Shown here in pieces: positions 20,332-28,767 of a DNA stretch of 64,000 nucleotides. Made by a program: the position numbers and the translations under genes. A model generated the notes under the pieces. That model made no database searches and was not told where the DNA came from. It worked only from the letters and a program-made list of their open reading frames with translations. Every line of letters starts with the position of its first letter. Position 1 is the first letter of the stretch. Source of the DNA: Opitutus sp. GAS368 (GTDB lineage: Bacteria; Verrucomicrobiota; Verrucomicrobiia; Opitutales; Opitutaceae); contig CAMDOF010000012.1 of assembly GCA_945903465.1 (NCBI GenBank), positions 18,411-82,410 of the forward strand, in the 5' to 3' direction.

Positions 20332-21396
20332 ATGGGTCTTTATTATGAGTCGATGGTTCGCCCTTGGCTGTTTCGGCAGGACTCGGAGCGTGCCCACGAA
20401 ATGGGCGTCAGGGGAATGGCCGCACTGGGGGCGTTTGCGCCTCTGCGGCGGGCTCTAGAGTGGTGGCATCGCCCGGGCAGCGTGCGGACGAGGCCGGTGG
20501 AGGCGTTTGGCTTGCAGTTTCCCAACGCGATCGGGCTGGCGGCGGGCTTCGACAAGAATGCGCGCGCTTGGCCCGCGGCGGCTGCGCTGGGTTTCGGGCA
20601 TGTCGAGATTGGTACCGTCACCGCGTTGGCGCAGCCGGGAAACCCCCGCCCGAGAATGTTTCGTTATCCCGAGCAGGAAGCCGTCATTAACCGCATGGGC
20701 TTCAATAACGAAGGTTCCGCGGCCGTCGCGGCTCGTCTCGCCCGCCAACCCGGCCCGGGCCAGCGCCGCATCCCGCTCGGGATCAACCTTGGGAAGTCGA
20801 AGGTGACGGAAATTGCCGGGGCGGCGGCCGACTACTTGCTGAGCTTTGAGCGCTTAGCGGCATGGGCCGATTACCTCGTCTTGAATGTGTCCAGCCCGAA
20901 TACTCCGAACCTCCGGCAGTTGCAGGACGAGGCGCGTTTGCGCGAGTTGCTTCGAGCGATCACTTCGGCGAATCGCGCGCGGGTAGTTTCTCCAGGGCGG
21001 CGGTCGCTGCCGATTCTCCTTAAAATCGCTCCCGATTTAAGCTGGCCTCAGGTGGATGCCGTGCTCGGCGTCATCGCGGAGTTTGGCTTGGATGGGGTCA
21101 TCGCGACCAATACCACGCTCGCCCGCCCGGGTATTTTTTCGAGTGGGGCGGAGTCCGGCGGCCTGAGCGGCGCGCCCCTCAGCGAACGCGCCACGGAAAT
21201 GATCGCCTACATCGCGCGCGCGACGAATGGTCGGCTCCCCATTGTCGGGGTCGGCGGGATCGTTGATGTCGAGGGGGCGGCTCGTAAATTAGATGCGGGC
21301 GCGGTGCTGGTGCAGGTTTATACCGGGATGATATTTCGCGGGCCCTTCTTCGCGGCACAACTCGCTGAGGGTTTAATCGAGCGCCAGCGTCGTTAA
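20332..21396 (+). CDS. pyrD: dihydroorotate dehydrogenase (quinone), class 2
   Basis: 354 aa with GLAAGFDKN, GFGHVEIGTVT, NRMGFNN, LVLNVSSPNTP and GVGGI motifs. Confidence 0.95.
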   Translation: MGLYYESMVRPWLFRQDSERAHEMGVRGMAALGAFAPLRRALEWWHRPGSVRTRPVEAFGLQFPNAIGLAAGFDKNARAWPAAAALGFGHVEIGTVTALAQPGNPRPRMFRYPEQEAVINRMGFNNEGSAAVAARLARQPGPGQRRIPLGINLGKSKVTEIAGAAADYLLSFERLAAWADYLVLNVSSPNTPNLRQLQDEARLRELLRAITSANRARVVSPGRRSLPILLKIAPDLSWPQVDAVLGVIAEFGLDGVIATNTTLARPGIFSSGAESGGLSGAPLSERATEMIAYIARATNGRLPIVGVGGIVDVEGAARKLDAGAVLVQVYTGMIFRGPFFAAQLAEGLIERQRR

Positions 21397-21432
21397 GCAA
21401 AATTTAGCCGAGAATTTCATCGGAAACTTATT

Positions 21433-21460
21433 TTGAGGCCGAAAAAATTCATGATAAAAT
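21433..21460 (+). promoter_or_regulatory. possible sigma70-type promoter for tRNA-Leu
   Basis: TTGAGG, a 16-nt spacer, then TAAAAT, about 60 nt upstream of the tRNA 5' end. This is a sequence match only. Confidence 0.3.
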
Positions 21461-21519
21461 TTCAAGGCTGGACAAGGGTCGATGGATGTCTCTTATTCCG
21501 CCGTCCTTAGTTGAGAAAT

Positions 21520-21604
21520 GCTCGGGTGGTGGAACTGGTAGACACACATGTTTGAGGTGCATGTGCCGCAAGGCGTGCAGGTTCGAGTCCTGTCCCGAGC
21601 ACCA
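21520..21604 (+). tRNA. tRNA-Leu (anticodon GAG), class II with long variable arm, CCA encoded
   Basis: I folded the cloverleaf by hand. The acceptor is GCTCGGG/CCCGAGC. The anticodon stem is CATGT/GCATG with loop TTGAGGT. The variable arm is GCC-GCAA-GGC. The T arm is GCAGG-TTCGAGT-CCTGT, followed by discriminator A and CCA. Confidence 0.9.
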
Positions 21605-21778
21605 TTTTAAATCTAGGGAAGCGGTTGGGTGGGGCTGGCGGGGCGGCGGCCCAAGTTGAAACCTGAGCGCGTCGGCGCAAGCGCCGCCGAGGGCTGGTTC
21701 GCGTTGAAGGGCAGGTTCCGTGCGTGCGGTTGGTTAAATTTGAGTGGAGCACGGCGGGCGGTTGGTCACAGTCGTCGC

Positions 21779-23182
21779 ATGGCTATCTCTCCGTTGCTCG
21801 GACTCAGTATATTGTTGCTCGAGGACGAGGTTTTTTTTCGGAAGCGCTTGGCGGCTTTCTTGGTGAGGGAAGGCGCAGAGGTGACCGCGGTGGCCACCGT
21901 CGCAGCCGCCCGGCAGGCGCTCGCTTCGATGGTTTTTGATGCCGCCGTCCTCGACGTGAATCTGCCGGATGGCCGCGGGACGAGTCTGCTCATGGAAAAA
22001 CTTTTTCCGCCGACGACCAACGTGATCGTGATGACAGCGGAAGGAGGGGTGGCGGGCGCGGTTGAAGCGGTGAGGGCTGGGGCCGCTGATTATTTGGTCA
22101 AGCCCTTTGACCTCGATGAGTTGCCGGTGCGTTTGGCGCAGGCGCGGCGGACGCGGCAGGCGCGTCGGGCGGCGGAATTTCGCCGTGGGCAGGAGGGCGA
22201 GCTGGTCTTTGGGGAAAGTCTGGCGGGGGTACGTGAGCAGCTCGCGAAGATTACCGCGGCTGATCGGCGTTTAACGGGTTACCTTCCGCCCGTGTTGATT
22301 GAAGGCGAGACGGGGACGGGTAAGACGGCGATTGCCCGTTGGATTCATCGCAACGGGCCGCGGGCGGATGAGGCGCTGGTGGAGCTGAACTGTTCCGCGT
22401 TGCTCGATTCGTTGGCTGAGTCTGAATTATTCGGTCATGAGCGGGGCGCTTTTACTGATGCGAAGGCGGCGCGGATCGGGTTGATGGAGGCCGCGGACGG
22501 CGGGACGCTTTTTTTAGATGAATTGCCGAGTCTCGCCGCGGGTTTGCAGGCAAAGTTGCTCACCGCCATCGAGGATCACATGCTCCGGCGAGTAGGCGCA
22601 TCCCGAGCGATCCCCGTGGACGCACGGATCATTGCGGCGACCAATGCAGATCTTGCCGGGCTTGTCGCCGCGGGAAAGTTTCGCGAGGACTTATTGCATC
22701 GTCTCGATTTATTTCGGGTACGGCTGCCAGCGTTACGCGAGCGGGGTCAGGATATTTTAGTCCTCGCCGAGGAATTACTCGCGCGAGTGAGTCGGCGGTA
22801 CGGATTAAAACCCCCGGTGATCCCAGCGGAAGGCCGGGCTCGGTTGCTGGCTTACCGTTGGCCGGGCAATGTCCGCGAACTTGCGCATGAGATTGAACGC
22901 GCGATCGTTTTTGGAGGGGAGCGCGGCTTGATGTTTTCCCATCTCGTTGGCAGCGGTCTGGTCGGCAGCCCGCCGGGCCCCAACGGCCATTGGTTTCGGC
23001 CGGACTTTTCTTTTCCTGAATCCGGTTTCTCCTTGGAGGCGGCCATCGATCAAATCGTTGACCGGGCGCTGCAGCAGGTCGATGGTAACGCCTCGGCGGC
23101 GGCTCGCCTCTTGGGTGTATCGCGCGACGTCGTTCGGTATCGCATTAAGGGGACGCGTGAAAAAGACATTAGCGGGGAATAA
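21779..23182 (+). CDS. sigma54-dependent response regulator (NtrC family)
   Basis: 467 aa from ATG 21779. The receiver domain reads ILLLEDE...VLDVNLPDG. The AAA+ domain has Walker A GETGTGKT, the GAFTDA loop and ELFGHERGAF. The C-terminal Fis-type HTH is AAARLLGVSRDVVRYRIK. Confidence 0.9.
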   Translation: MAISPLLGLSILLLEDEVFFRKRLAAFLVREGAEVTAVATVAAARQALASMVFDAAVLDVNLPDGRGTSLLMEKLFPPTTNVIVMTAEGGVAGAVEAVRAGAADYLVKPFDLDELPVRLAQARRTRQARRAAEFRRGQEGELVFGESLAGVREQLAKITAADRRLTGYLPPVLIEGETGTGKTAIARWIHRNGPRADEALVELNCSALLDSLAESELFGHERGAFTDAKAARIGLMEAADGGTLFLDELPSLAAGLQAKLLTAIEDHMLRRVGASRAIPVDARIIAATNADLAGLVAAGKFREDLLHRLDLFRVRLPALRERGQDILVLAEELLARVSRRYGLKPPVIPAEGRARLLAYRWPGNVRELAHEIERAIVFGGERGLMFSHLVGSGLVGSPPGPNGHWFRPDFSFPESGFSLEAAIDQIVDRALQQVDGNASAAARLLGVSRDVVRYRIKGTREKDISGE

Positions 23183-23296
23183 TCCCCGTTCTTGGGTTCG
23201 CGTTTGGGGGTGCGTCCCCTTTAAAAAATAGGCGGATCTCTTGCTTTTATCTCTTAAATCATTGTTTATCAATAATTAATATTAATGCTATCGTTT

Positions 23297-23312
23297 TGGC
23301 ACGAAGGTTGCA
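23297..23312 (+). promoter_or_regulatory. sigma54 (-24/-12) promoter
   Basis: TGGCAC-GAAGG-TTGCA is an exact match to the TGGCAC-N5-TTGCW consensus. It lies directly downstream of the NtrC-type regulator and about 22 nt upstream of the next ATG. An A/T-rich tract lies immediately upstream. Confidence 0.75.
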
Positions 23313-23334
23313 AAGCGTTTGGCTCGTTTTACTC

Positions 23335-23688
23335 ATGACCTTAAATCGCTTTTTACTCCGTTGCTTGGGCCTGATGATCTTCTGGGTGGCGACGGCTTTT
23401 GGCGCTCAGCCAACCGTGGGGTCAGGGGCGGAGGGTTCGGCGAAAGAGAAGATCAAAGCGGAGACCGCGAAGTCGAAGGAAGAGGCGAATGCCCAGCGGG
23501 ACCGGATGATCTCCGAATATGAGGCTCTGGCCAAGCAGCTCAAGGATTCGACGGAAGCTCAGAAGAAAGTGATTCTCGAGCGGATGCAGGATCGAAAAAA
23601 GGCCTTCGAGGAAGCGCAGAACCTTCTTCACAAGCAGATTCGCGACGAGCAGCGCCGGCAGCGGCAGAATGCTTCTCCCCGAGGTTAA
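23335..23688 (+). CDS. small secreted K/E/Q-rich helical protein (hypothetical)
   Basis: 117 aa from ATG 23335. It has a signal peptide (MTLNRFLLRCLGLMIFWVATAFG/AQ). The mature part is predicted helical/coiled (AKQLKDSTEAQKKVILERMQDRKKAFEEAQNLLHKQIRDEQ). Confidence 0.7.
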   Translation: MTLNRFLLRCLGLMIFWVATAFGAQPTVGSGAEGSAKEKIKAETAKSKEEANAQRDRMISEYEALAKQLKDSTEAQKKVILERMQDRKKAFEEAQNLLHKQIRDEQRRQRQNASPRG

Positions 23689-23730
23689 TTATTTTCTGGC
23701 GTAATCAGAATTAGCGTAATGTCAGTCATG

Positions 23731-23761
23731 GGGCGGTTGCCTTTGGGCAGCCGCCCTTTTT
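23731..23761 (+). terminator. rho-independent terminator after the small secreted protein gene
   Basis: GGGCGGTTGCC-TTTG-GGCAGCCGCCC forms an 11-bp stem with one G-U pair, followed by TTTTT. Confidence 0.65.
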
Positions 23762-23797
23762 ATTGGGCGACCAAATTGTCGCGAGTTCATAACTTGA

Positions 23798-25012
23798 GTG
23801 GTGGCGAAGCCGTTTGCACGCTGTGGTGGGAGCTTTTTTAGTGTGATTACTTTGTTCCGATATTTCCCGGTCATCATCTTGTTACTTCGCCTCGCGGAGT
23901 TGACGGCGTTTGGTCAAGTGGCGACTCCACGAGAGCTGCCGCCGGCGGCGGCCCGAGAGGTGGTGACTTGGATTGCGAATCAGCCTCGCTGGAGCATTTC
24001 CGCCGAGGCGGAGACGTCCTTGGGTTTCAAGGACAATCTGTTGCTGAGCGCCAAAGCGCCGGAGGCGAGCGCGTTTGCCCGTTCCTCTTGGGAGGCGCTG
24101 GTGCTCGCGGTGCCGCGGGGTAAAATCGATTACACGTTCTTCGCTCAGCTCGGCGGCACCCGTTTTTTTTCTGGCCAGACCGTGACCCAGGAGAGCGAAG
24201 CGTGGGTCCAATCCGAGTGGGGTTATCGCTTTTCGGATACGCTTAAAGCTGCGTCGCCGCTCACGGGTTATTACTATGATCAGGTGTTTGATGTTTCCGA
24301 CTCAGAGGTGGAGCGTTTGGTGGCGCGCCTCAAGGTCGGAGGGTTGATCCTTGCGCCCAGCGTACGCTGGAGGGTGCACCCCGCGCTGTGGTGTGAAGTT
24401 CAGGCTGGGGGCGAGCGGAAGCGTTACGACGGTGGAACGAATGATTGTGCAATCGGTGAAGGGAGCCTTCGTGCCGGGTGGTCTCTTTCGAAAAGTCTCG
24501 AACTCCGGCTTGAGGGCCGCCGGCGGTGGCGCGACTTCGACCAGCGCGTGCAGTATAGTCGCGCGGGGCGCGCATTGGGTGGGACCCGTTTAAAGATTGC
24601 CGAGCGCGAGCTCGGATTACGACTGGACCTCGAGTTGGGCGAGCAGAAGCGCTGGAAATTGAGCACGCGGCTCGGCGGGCTGCAGTATGAGGATAATGGG
24701 TCCGGTTATTTCGGATACAATCAGAAGAAGATCAGCCAGGAGCTGACCTGGAAAAAGGAGGCTTGGTCGCTCCGTTTGGACGCCGCCGCCGAGCGCCTAG
24801 AGTTTAAGGTGCAGACGGCGGGAATCGGGATCGATCCGCCACCGCGAATCAAGGAGGAGTTTTCGCTGCGGGCGCGCCTCGAGCGTAAAATCACCACGCG
24901 GTGGTTGCTTTTCGGCGCTTATACTTGGGAGCGCAGCCGATCTAACGATCGCGTGGCTTCCTATCGTGTGAACGAAGGCTTGCTTGGTGCCCATTGGAGC
25001 TGGGAAAGATGA
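23798..25012 (+). CDS. predicted outer-membrane beta-barrel protein (hypothetical)
   Basis: 404-aa ORF with a GTG start; an alternative GTG at 23843 gives MITLFRYFPVIILLLRLAELTAFGQ. Amphipathic alternating strands recur with W/R/E-rich turns, and the C-terminus is aromatic-rich (GLLGAHWSWER). Confidence 0.6.
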   Translation: MVAKPFARCGGSFFSVITLFRYFPVIILLLRLAELTAFGQVATPRELPPAAAREVVTWIANQPRWSISAEAETSLGFKDNLLLSAKAPEASAFARSSWEALVLAVPRGKIDYTFFAQLGGTRFFSGQTVTQESEAWVQSEWGYRFSDTLKAASPLTGYYYDQVFDVSDSEVERLVARLKVGGLILAPSVRWRVHPALWCEVQAGGERKRYDGGTNDCAIGEGSLRAGWSLSKSLELRLEGRRRWRDFDQRVQYSRAGRALGGTRLKIAERELGLRLDLELGEQKRWKLSTRLGGLQYEDNGSGYFGYNQKKISQELTWKKEAWSLRLDAAAERLEFKVQTAGIGIDPPPRIKEEFSLRARLERKITTRWLLFGAYTWERSRSNDRVASYRVNEGLLGAHWSWER

Positions 25013-25028
25013 GATCCGTTCCCCTGCC

Positions 25029-26429
25029 ATGCCATCCAGCCATCCGATCCCGTCACCCGGCCGCTTTGCCTCGATCGGCGTTTTTGCGCTGACCGTGCTC
25101 GTTTTTGCCGGAGGCATCACTGGCCTCACGTGGCAACTTCGTGCGGGTTTGCGTGAACAAATTTTTCGGCGTGAGGCGGACCGGATGGCCGCGGTCGTTT
25201 CGATGCAGTTGGAGCTCAGCGCGGTTGAGATGGTGTTGCCGCCCGAGCAGTTGCCGGTGGCGTTGCTTTTTGCGGTCTTGAAAGCCTCCAAGTTTTCAGG
25301 AGTGGTGGGCGTGCGGGTGTTCGATGCGAGTCGTCAGTTCTGCGCGGCTTGGCCGGTGCCCTGGTTGGAGACGCCGCCCGCTGACGAGGACTGGGTCAAG
25401 TTGGTCGGCGGGGCCACACTGGCTCGCTTGCACGCCAATGTTTCGGCCGAAGAGGTGATTGGTCTGGGCTCCTTGCGGCCGGGCTTGTTGGAGACATGGG
25501 TGCCGGTGCGACTCAGTGGTAACGATGGTTTGCTCGGCGTCGCGCAGTTTTGGATTTCGGCCGAGGGCCCGCTGGCGGAATTTGCTGGGCACGATCGTCG
25601 CCTCTGGACGCAGGCGGTGACGGCATGGCTCGCTGGCTCGTTTGTGATTGGTCTAGCCCTCCACTGGGCCTTTCGGCGGATTGAGGCGGCGCATCGAGCG
25701 CTCCGGGCCAGGACGGAGGATTTGCAGCGCGCGAATCGCGAACTCGTTCTCACGGCGAAGACCTCTGCGCTCGGTGCGGTCACGGCGCACCTCATGCATG
25801 AGTTGAAAAATCCGCTCGCTGGGCTGGAGGTTTTTATGGCCGGCCAGTTTGATGCGGAAGGCCGGGCCGAGTTGGCGAGTGGTGAGGAGTTGGTCGCCGC
25901 TTCAGCCTTGACGCGCCGGCTGCGGACGATGGTGACCGATGTCGTTGAGGTCCTCCGGGATGAGCAGATGGGCGCAACGTTCGAACTTTCCGCCGCGGAA
26001 ATGCTCGGGGCGGTCGCAGCGAAAGTGCAGGGCGAGGCGAAGCAACGCGGAGTGGCTCTGGAGGTTGTGGGGGCGGCGGAAGTTGGCGGCGTGGTATCGG
26101 GGCGGCGGGCGAATCTAGCCATTTTGGTGATACGCAATCTTCTTCAAAACGCCATTGAGGCGACGCCCGCGGGAGGGGCGGTGCGGCTCACGAGTGCTCA
26201 GCGCGCGGAGGGTGGCTTGGAATTTTTAATTGCGGATGGTGGTCCCGGTCTGCCGGCCACGGTCCGCGCAAGTCTGTTTCAACCCTGCGCAAGTAGTAAG
26301 CCGAGTGGCAGCGGGGTTGGGCTCGCGCTGAGTTATCAGTTGGCACTTAAGGCTGATGGGGTGCTGGAATTGGTGAAGAGCGATGAGCGGGGGGCGTGCT
26401 TCCGCCTTGTGTTGCCGGCGGAGGCGTGA
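25029..26429 (+). CDS. sensor histidine kinase (two TM helices, periplasmic sensor domain)
   Basis: H box HLMHELKNPLAGL, N box LLQNAIEA, G1 DGGPGL and G2 GSGVGLALS are present. The TM helices are FASIGVFALTVLVFAGGITGL and AVTAWLAGSFVIGLALHWAF. Confidence 0.9.
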   Translation: MPSSHPIPSPGRFASIGVFALTVLVFAGGITGLTWQLRAGLREQIFRREADRMAAVVSMQLELSAVEMVLPPEQLPVALLFAVLKASKFSGVVGVRVFDASRQFCAAWPVPWLETPPADEDWVKLVGGATLARLHANVSAEEVIGLGSLRPGLLETWVPVRLSGNDGLLGVAQFWISAEGPLAEFAGHDRRLWTQAVTAWLAGSFVIGLALHWAFRRIEAAHRALRARTEDLQRANRELVLTAKTSALGAVTAHLMHELKNPLAGLEVFMAGQFDAEGRAELASGEELVAASALTRRLRTMVTDVVEVLRDEQMGATFELSAAEMLGAVAAKVQGEAKQRGVALEVVGAAEVGGVVSGRRANLAILVIRNLLQNAIEATPAGGAVRLTSAQRAEGGLEFLIADGGPGLPATVRASLFQPCASSKPSGSGVGLALSYQLALKADGVLELVKSDERGACFRLVLPAEA

Positions 26430-26486
26430 TTCGAGCGGTGCCTGCAAATCCTTGGATCCTACTGCCGATCTGTTACCGTTTCCCTA

Positions 26487-28583
26487 ATGGGGGTGTGCGT
26501 AATTTTATTTAATCAATTGAGGGGGCGTCGCCTCAGATGGGGAGCGGGCGGTGCTCCGGCGAGAGCGCGGTCCGTTTTTGAATTTCCGTTGGTATCTCGA
26601 AAAATCAAGCGAGTGCGGGCGAGGGGCTGGCTCGCCTTGGCGGCTTTTTTTGCTCTGGTGGTCGGGCTGGGGGCACAGACGGAGGGCACGCGTCGTTGGG
26701 CCTTTAATGTGCAGGGCTACATTACGCTTTCTTCGCCGGCGCTCAGCGCGGATGGCGCCACTGTTTATGTGGGCGTCGAGCGAGCGGGTGGGGGGCGCGT
26801 CGTGGCCGTGAGCTCGGAAGGCGTGAGAAAATGGGATGTGGCGATGACGGCGCCGGTGGACTCTTCCCCCGTGGTGGGCGCGGACGGCACGATTTATATC
26901 GGATGCGTTGACGGGCGCCTTTACGCGCTCAATCCGGCCAATGGCGCGACGAAATGGACGTTCAACGCGCGAGGGTTTATCACGAGTTCACCCGCGCTGG
27001 GGGCGGACGGTACGCTCTACTTCGGTTCGGGAGCAGGTCGGCTCTATGCGGTCACGCCAGAAGGGGTGGAGCGTTGGAGCTTCGGGGCGGGCGGCATCAT
27101 TGACTCATCGCCGGCGATCGCGGCGGATGGCTCGGTTTATTTTGGATGCGACGACAAATCCTTTTATGCGGTCTCCCCCGCGGGTATTGAATTATGGCGG
27201 TTTTCCACCGGAGGGCCGATTTTCTCGTCTCCGGCCATTGGTGCCGATGGCGCCGTTTATTTTGGTTCGGGCGATCAGAAAATGTACGCACTCTCGGCCG
27301 ACGGGGCGCTGCGGTGGGCCTTTTCGACAAACGGAGCCATTCAGGCATCCCCGTCGTTGGGCGCTGATGGCACCGTGTATTTTGCCTCAGCGGATGGATT
27401 TTTTTATGCTTTGAACGCCAAAGGGAGCGACGACCAGCGCGTAAAATGGAAAACGAGTATTCGCGCGAGTGCGGCCTCGTCGGCGGCGGTGCGAGGGGAC
27501 GGGGTGATTATTTTTGGAGCCGATGATGATTTGGTGCGCGCTTTGAATCCGGAAGATGGGAGCGTTCGCTGGACGTTGGCGACGTTGGACGATATCGAGT
27601 CCTCGCCGATCGTGGCTCCGGATGGTTCGATCTACATTGGTTCATTTGATGGCTTACTTTATAAAATTACCGGCAATGGTTCGCCCCTTTCTGCTTACTC
27701 GAACTGGCCTGCCTTCCGGCGGGGTGCGGGCCGCGGCGGGCGGGCGCTCGCGAAAACGGGGGAAGGGCGTTTGGTAAATCTTTCAGCGCGGGCGCAACTC
27801 GGTGATAGTGAAATCCTGATTGTCGGTTTTTTTGTGCAGGGTCCCAGCGTCGGTGCGCGTACGTATCTTTTGCGTGGAATTGGGCCGTCGCTCGGGCAGT
27901 TTGGGGTCGTGGGGATGGCGGATCCCCGTCTGCAGATTTACTCCGGCCCGGTCATTTTGGCGGGGAACGATAACTGGGGAAACGCGCTGCCGTCGTTTGG
28001 GGTGGCGGATACTGCGGCTGCGGTCGGTGCCTTTCCACTAACTGAGGGGAGCAAGGATGCGGCCATCGTCCTGGCGCTGCCGGTCGGTTTATACTCGTCG
28101 CATTTATCCAGTGCCGATGCTCGGGGCGGAGTGGTTTTAATGGAAGCTTACGACGCGATCGGTGGCAATCCGGCCCTCAGGCTCGCGAACCTGTCGATGA
28201 GGGCGCAGGTGGGAATCGACGCGAACGCGCTCTTTGCCGGTTTGGTGGTCGGTGGTACTTCGCCGACTCGATTACTCCTGCGCGGGATCGGGCCGAGTTT
28301 ATCGCAATTCGGCGTGCCGGGCGTGCTCGCTCGGCCGGCGCTGGCCCTATTTAACGGCGCGGTTGGTAGCGCCTTGATCGGTTCAAATACCGGCTGGACC
28401 ACCGCGGGTTTCAAGCGCGATCTGGAAATCGCGGCCCGAGCGGTCGCCGCATTTCCGTTGGCCGACGGTAGCAACGACAGCGCTTTGGTCGTCACCGTGG
28501 AGCCCGGCCCTTATACCATTAAGGTTTCCGGAGCCGGCAACACGACGGGCGAGGCGCTCGTGGAAATCTATATTCTACCCTAA
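26487..28583 (+). CDS. secreted PQQ-like (BamB-type) beta-propeller repeat protein with two C-terminal ~125-aa modules
   Basis: About eight repeats of the pattern DGT(I/V/L)Y(I/F)G..DG.LYA(L/V)...G...W.F...G.I.SSPA(I/L)G.DG. These are followed by two copies of a module also found in the YHYH proteins at 59.7-64 kb. The start is uncertain (TTG/GTG near 26590 is possible). Confidence 0.85.
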   Translation: MGVCVILFNQLRGRRLRWGAGGAPARARSVFEFPLVSRKIKRVRARGWLALAAFFALVVGLGAQTEGTRRWAFNVQGYITLSSPALSADGATVYVGVERAGGGRVVAVSSEGVRKWDVAMTAPVDSSPVVGADGTIYIGCVDGRLYALNPANGATKWTFNARGFITSSPALGADGTLYFGSGAGRLYAVTPEGVERWSFGAGGIIDSSPAIAADGSVYFGCDDKSFYAVSPAGIELWRFSTGGPIFSSPAIGADGAVYFGSGDQKMYALSADGALRWAFSTNGAIQASPSLGADGTVYFASADGFFYALNAKGSDDQRVKWKTSIRASAASSAAVRGDGVIIFGADDDLVRALNPEDGSVRWTLATLDDIESSPIVAPDGSIYIGSFDGLLYKITGNGSPLSAYSNWPAFRRGAGRGGRALAKTGEGRLVNLSARAQLGDSEILIVGFFVQGPSVGARTYLLRGIGPSLGQFGVVGMADPRLQIYSGPVILAGNDNWGNALPSFGVADTAAAVGAFPLTEGSKDAAIVLALPVGLYSSHLSSADARGGVVLMEAYDAIGGNPALRLANLSMRAQVGIDANALFAGLVVGGTSPTRLLLRGIGPSLSQFGVPGVLARPALALFNGAVGSALIGSNTGWTTAGFKRDLEIAARAVAAFPLADGSNDSALVVTVEPGPYTIKVSGAGNTTGEALVEIYILP

Positions 28584-28591
28584 AACTGATT

Positions 28592-28626
28592 GCCCTCGGT
28601 CGACGGTGCGTGGGTGAGGGCTTTTT
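28592..28626 (+). terminator. possible terminator hairpin
   Basis: GCCCTC...GAGGGC (6-bp stem, large loop) followed by TTTTT, just after the stop at 28583. Confidence 0.4.
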
Positions 28627-28767
28627 ATGGCGCTGAGGAAAAAGGAGCGATTTAGGTCGGAAAACTGCTTGCCACAGGGAGACGATCGGAAAGAGTCGGC
28701 TCTGATCACGATCGCGCTATAGCCACTAAGACAAACTCGCGGGTACCGCCCGCTTTTCCCGGATAAT

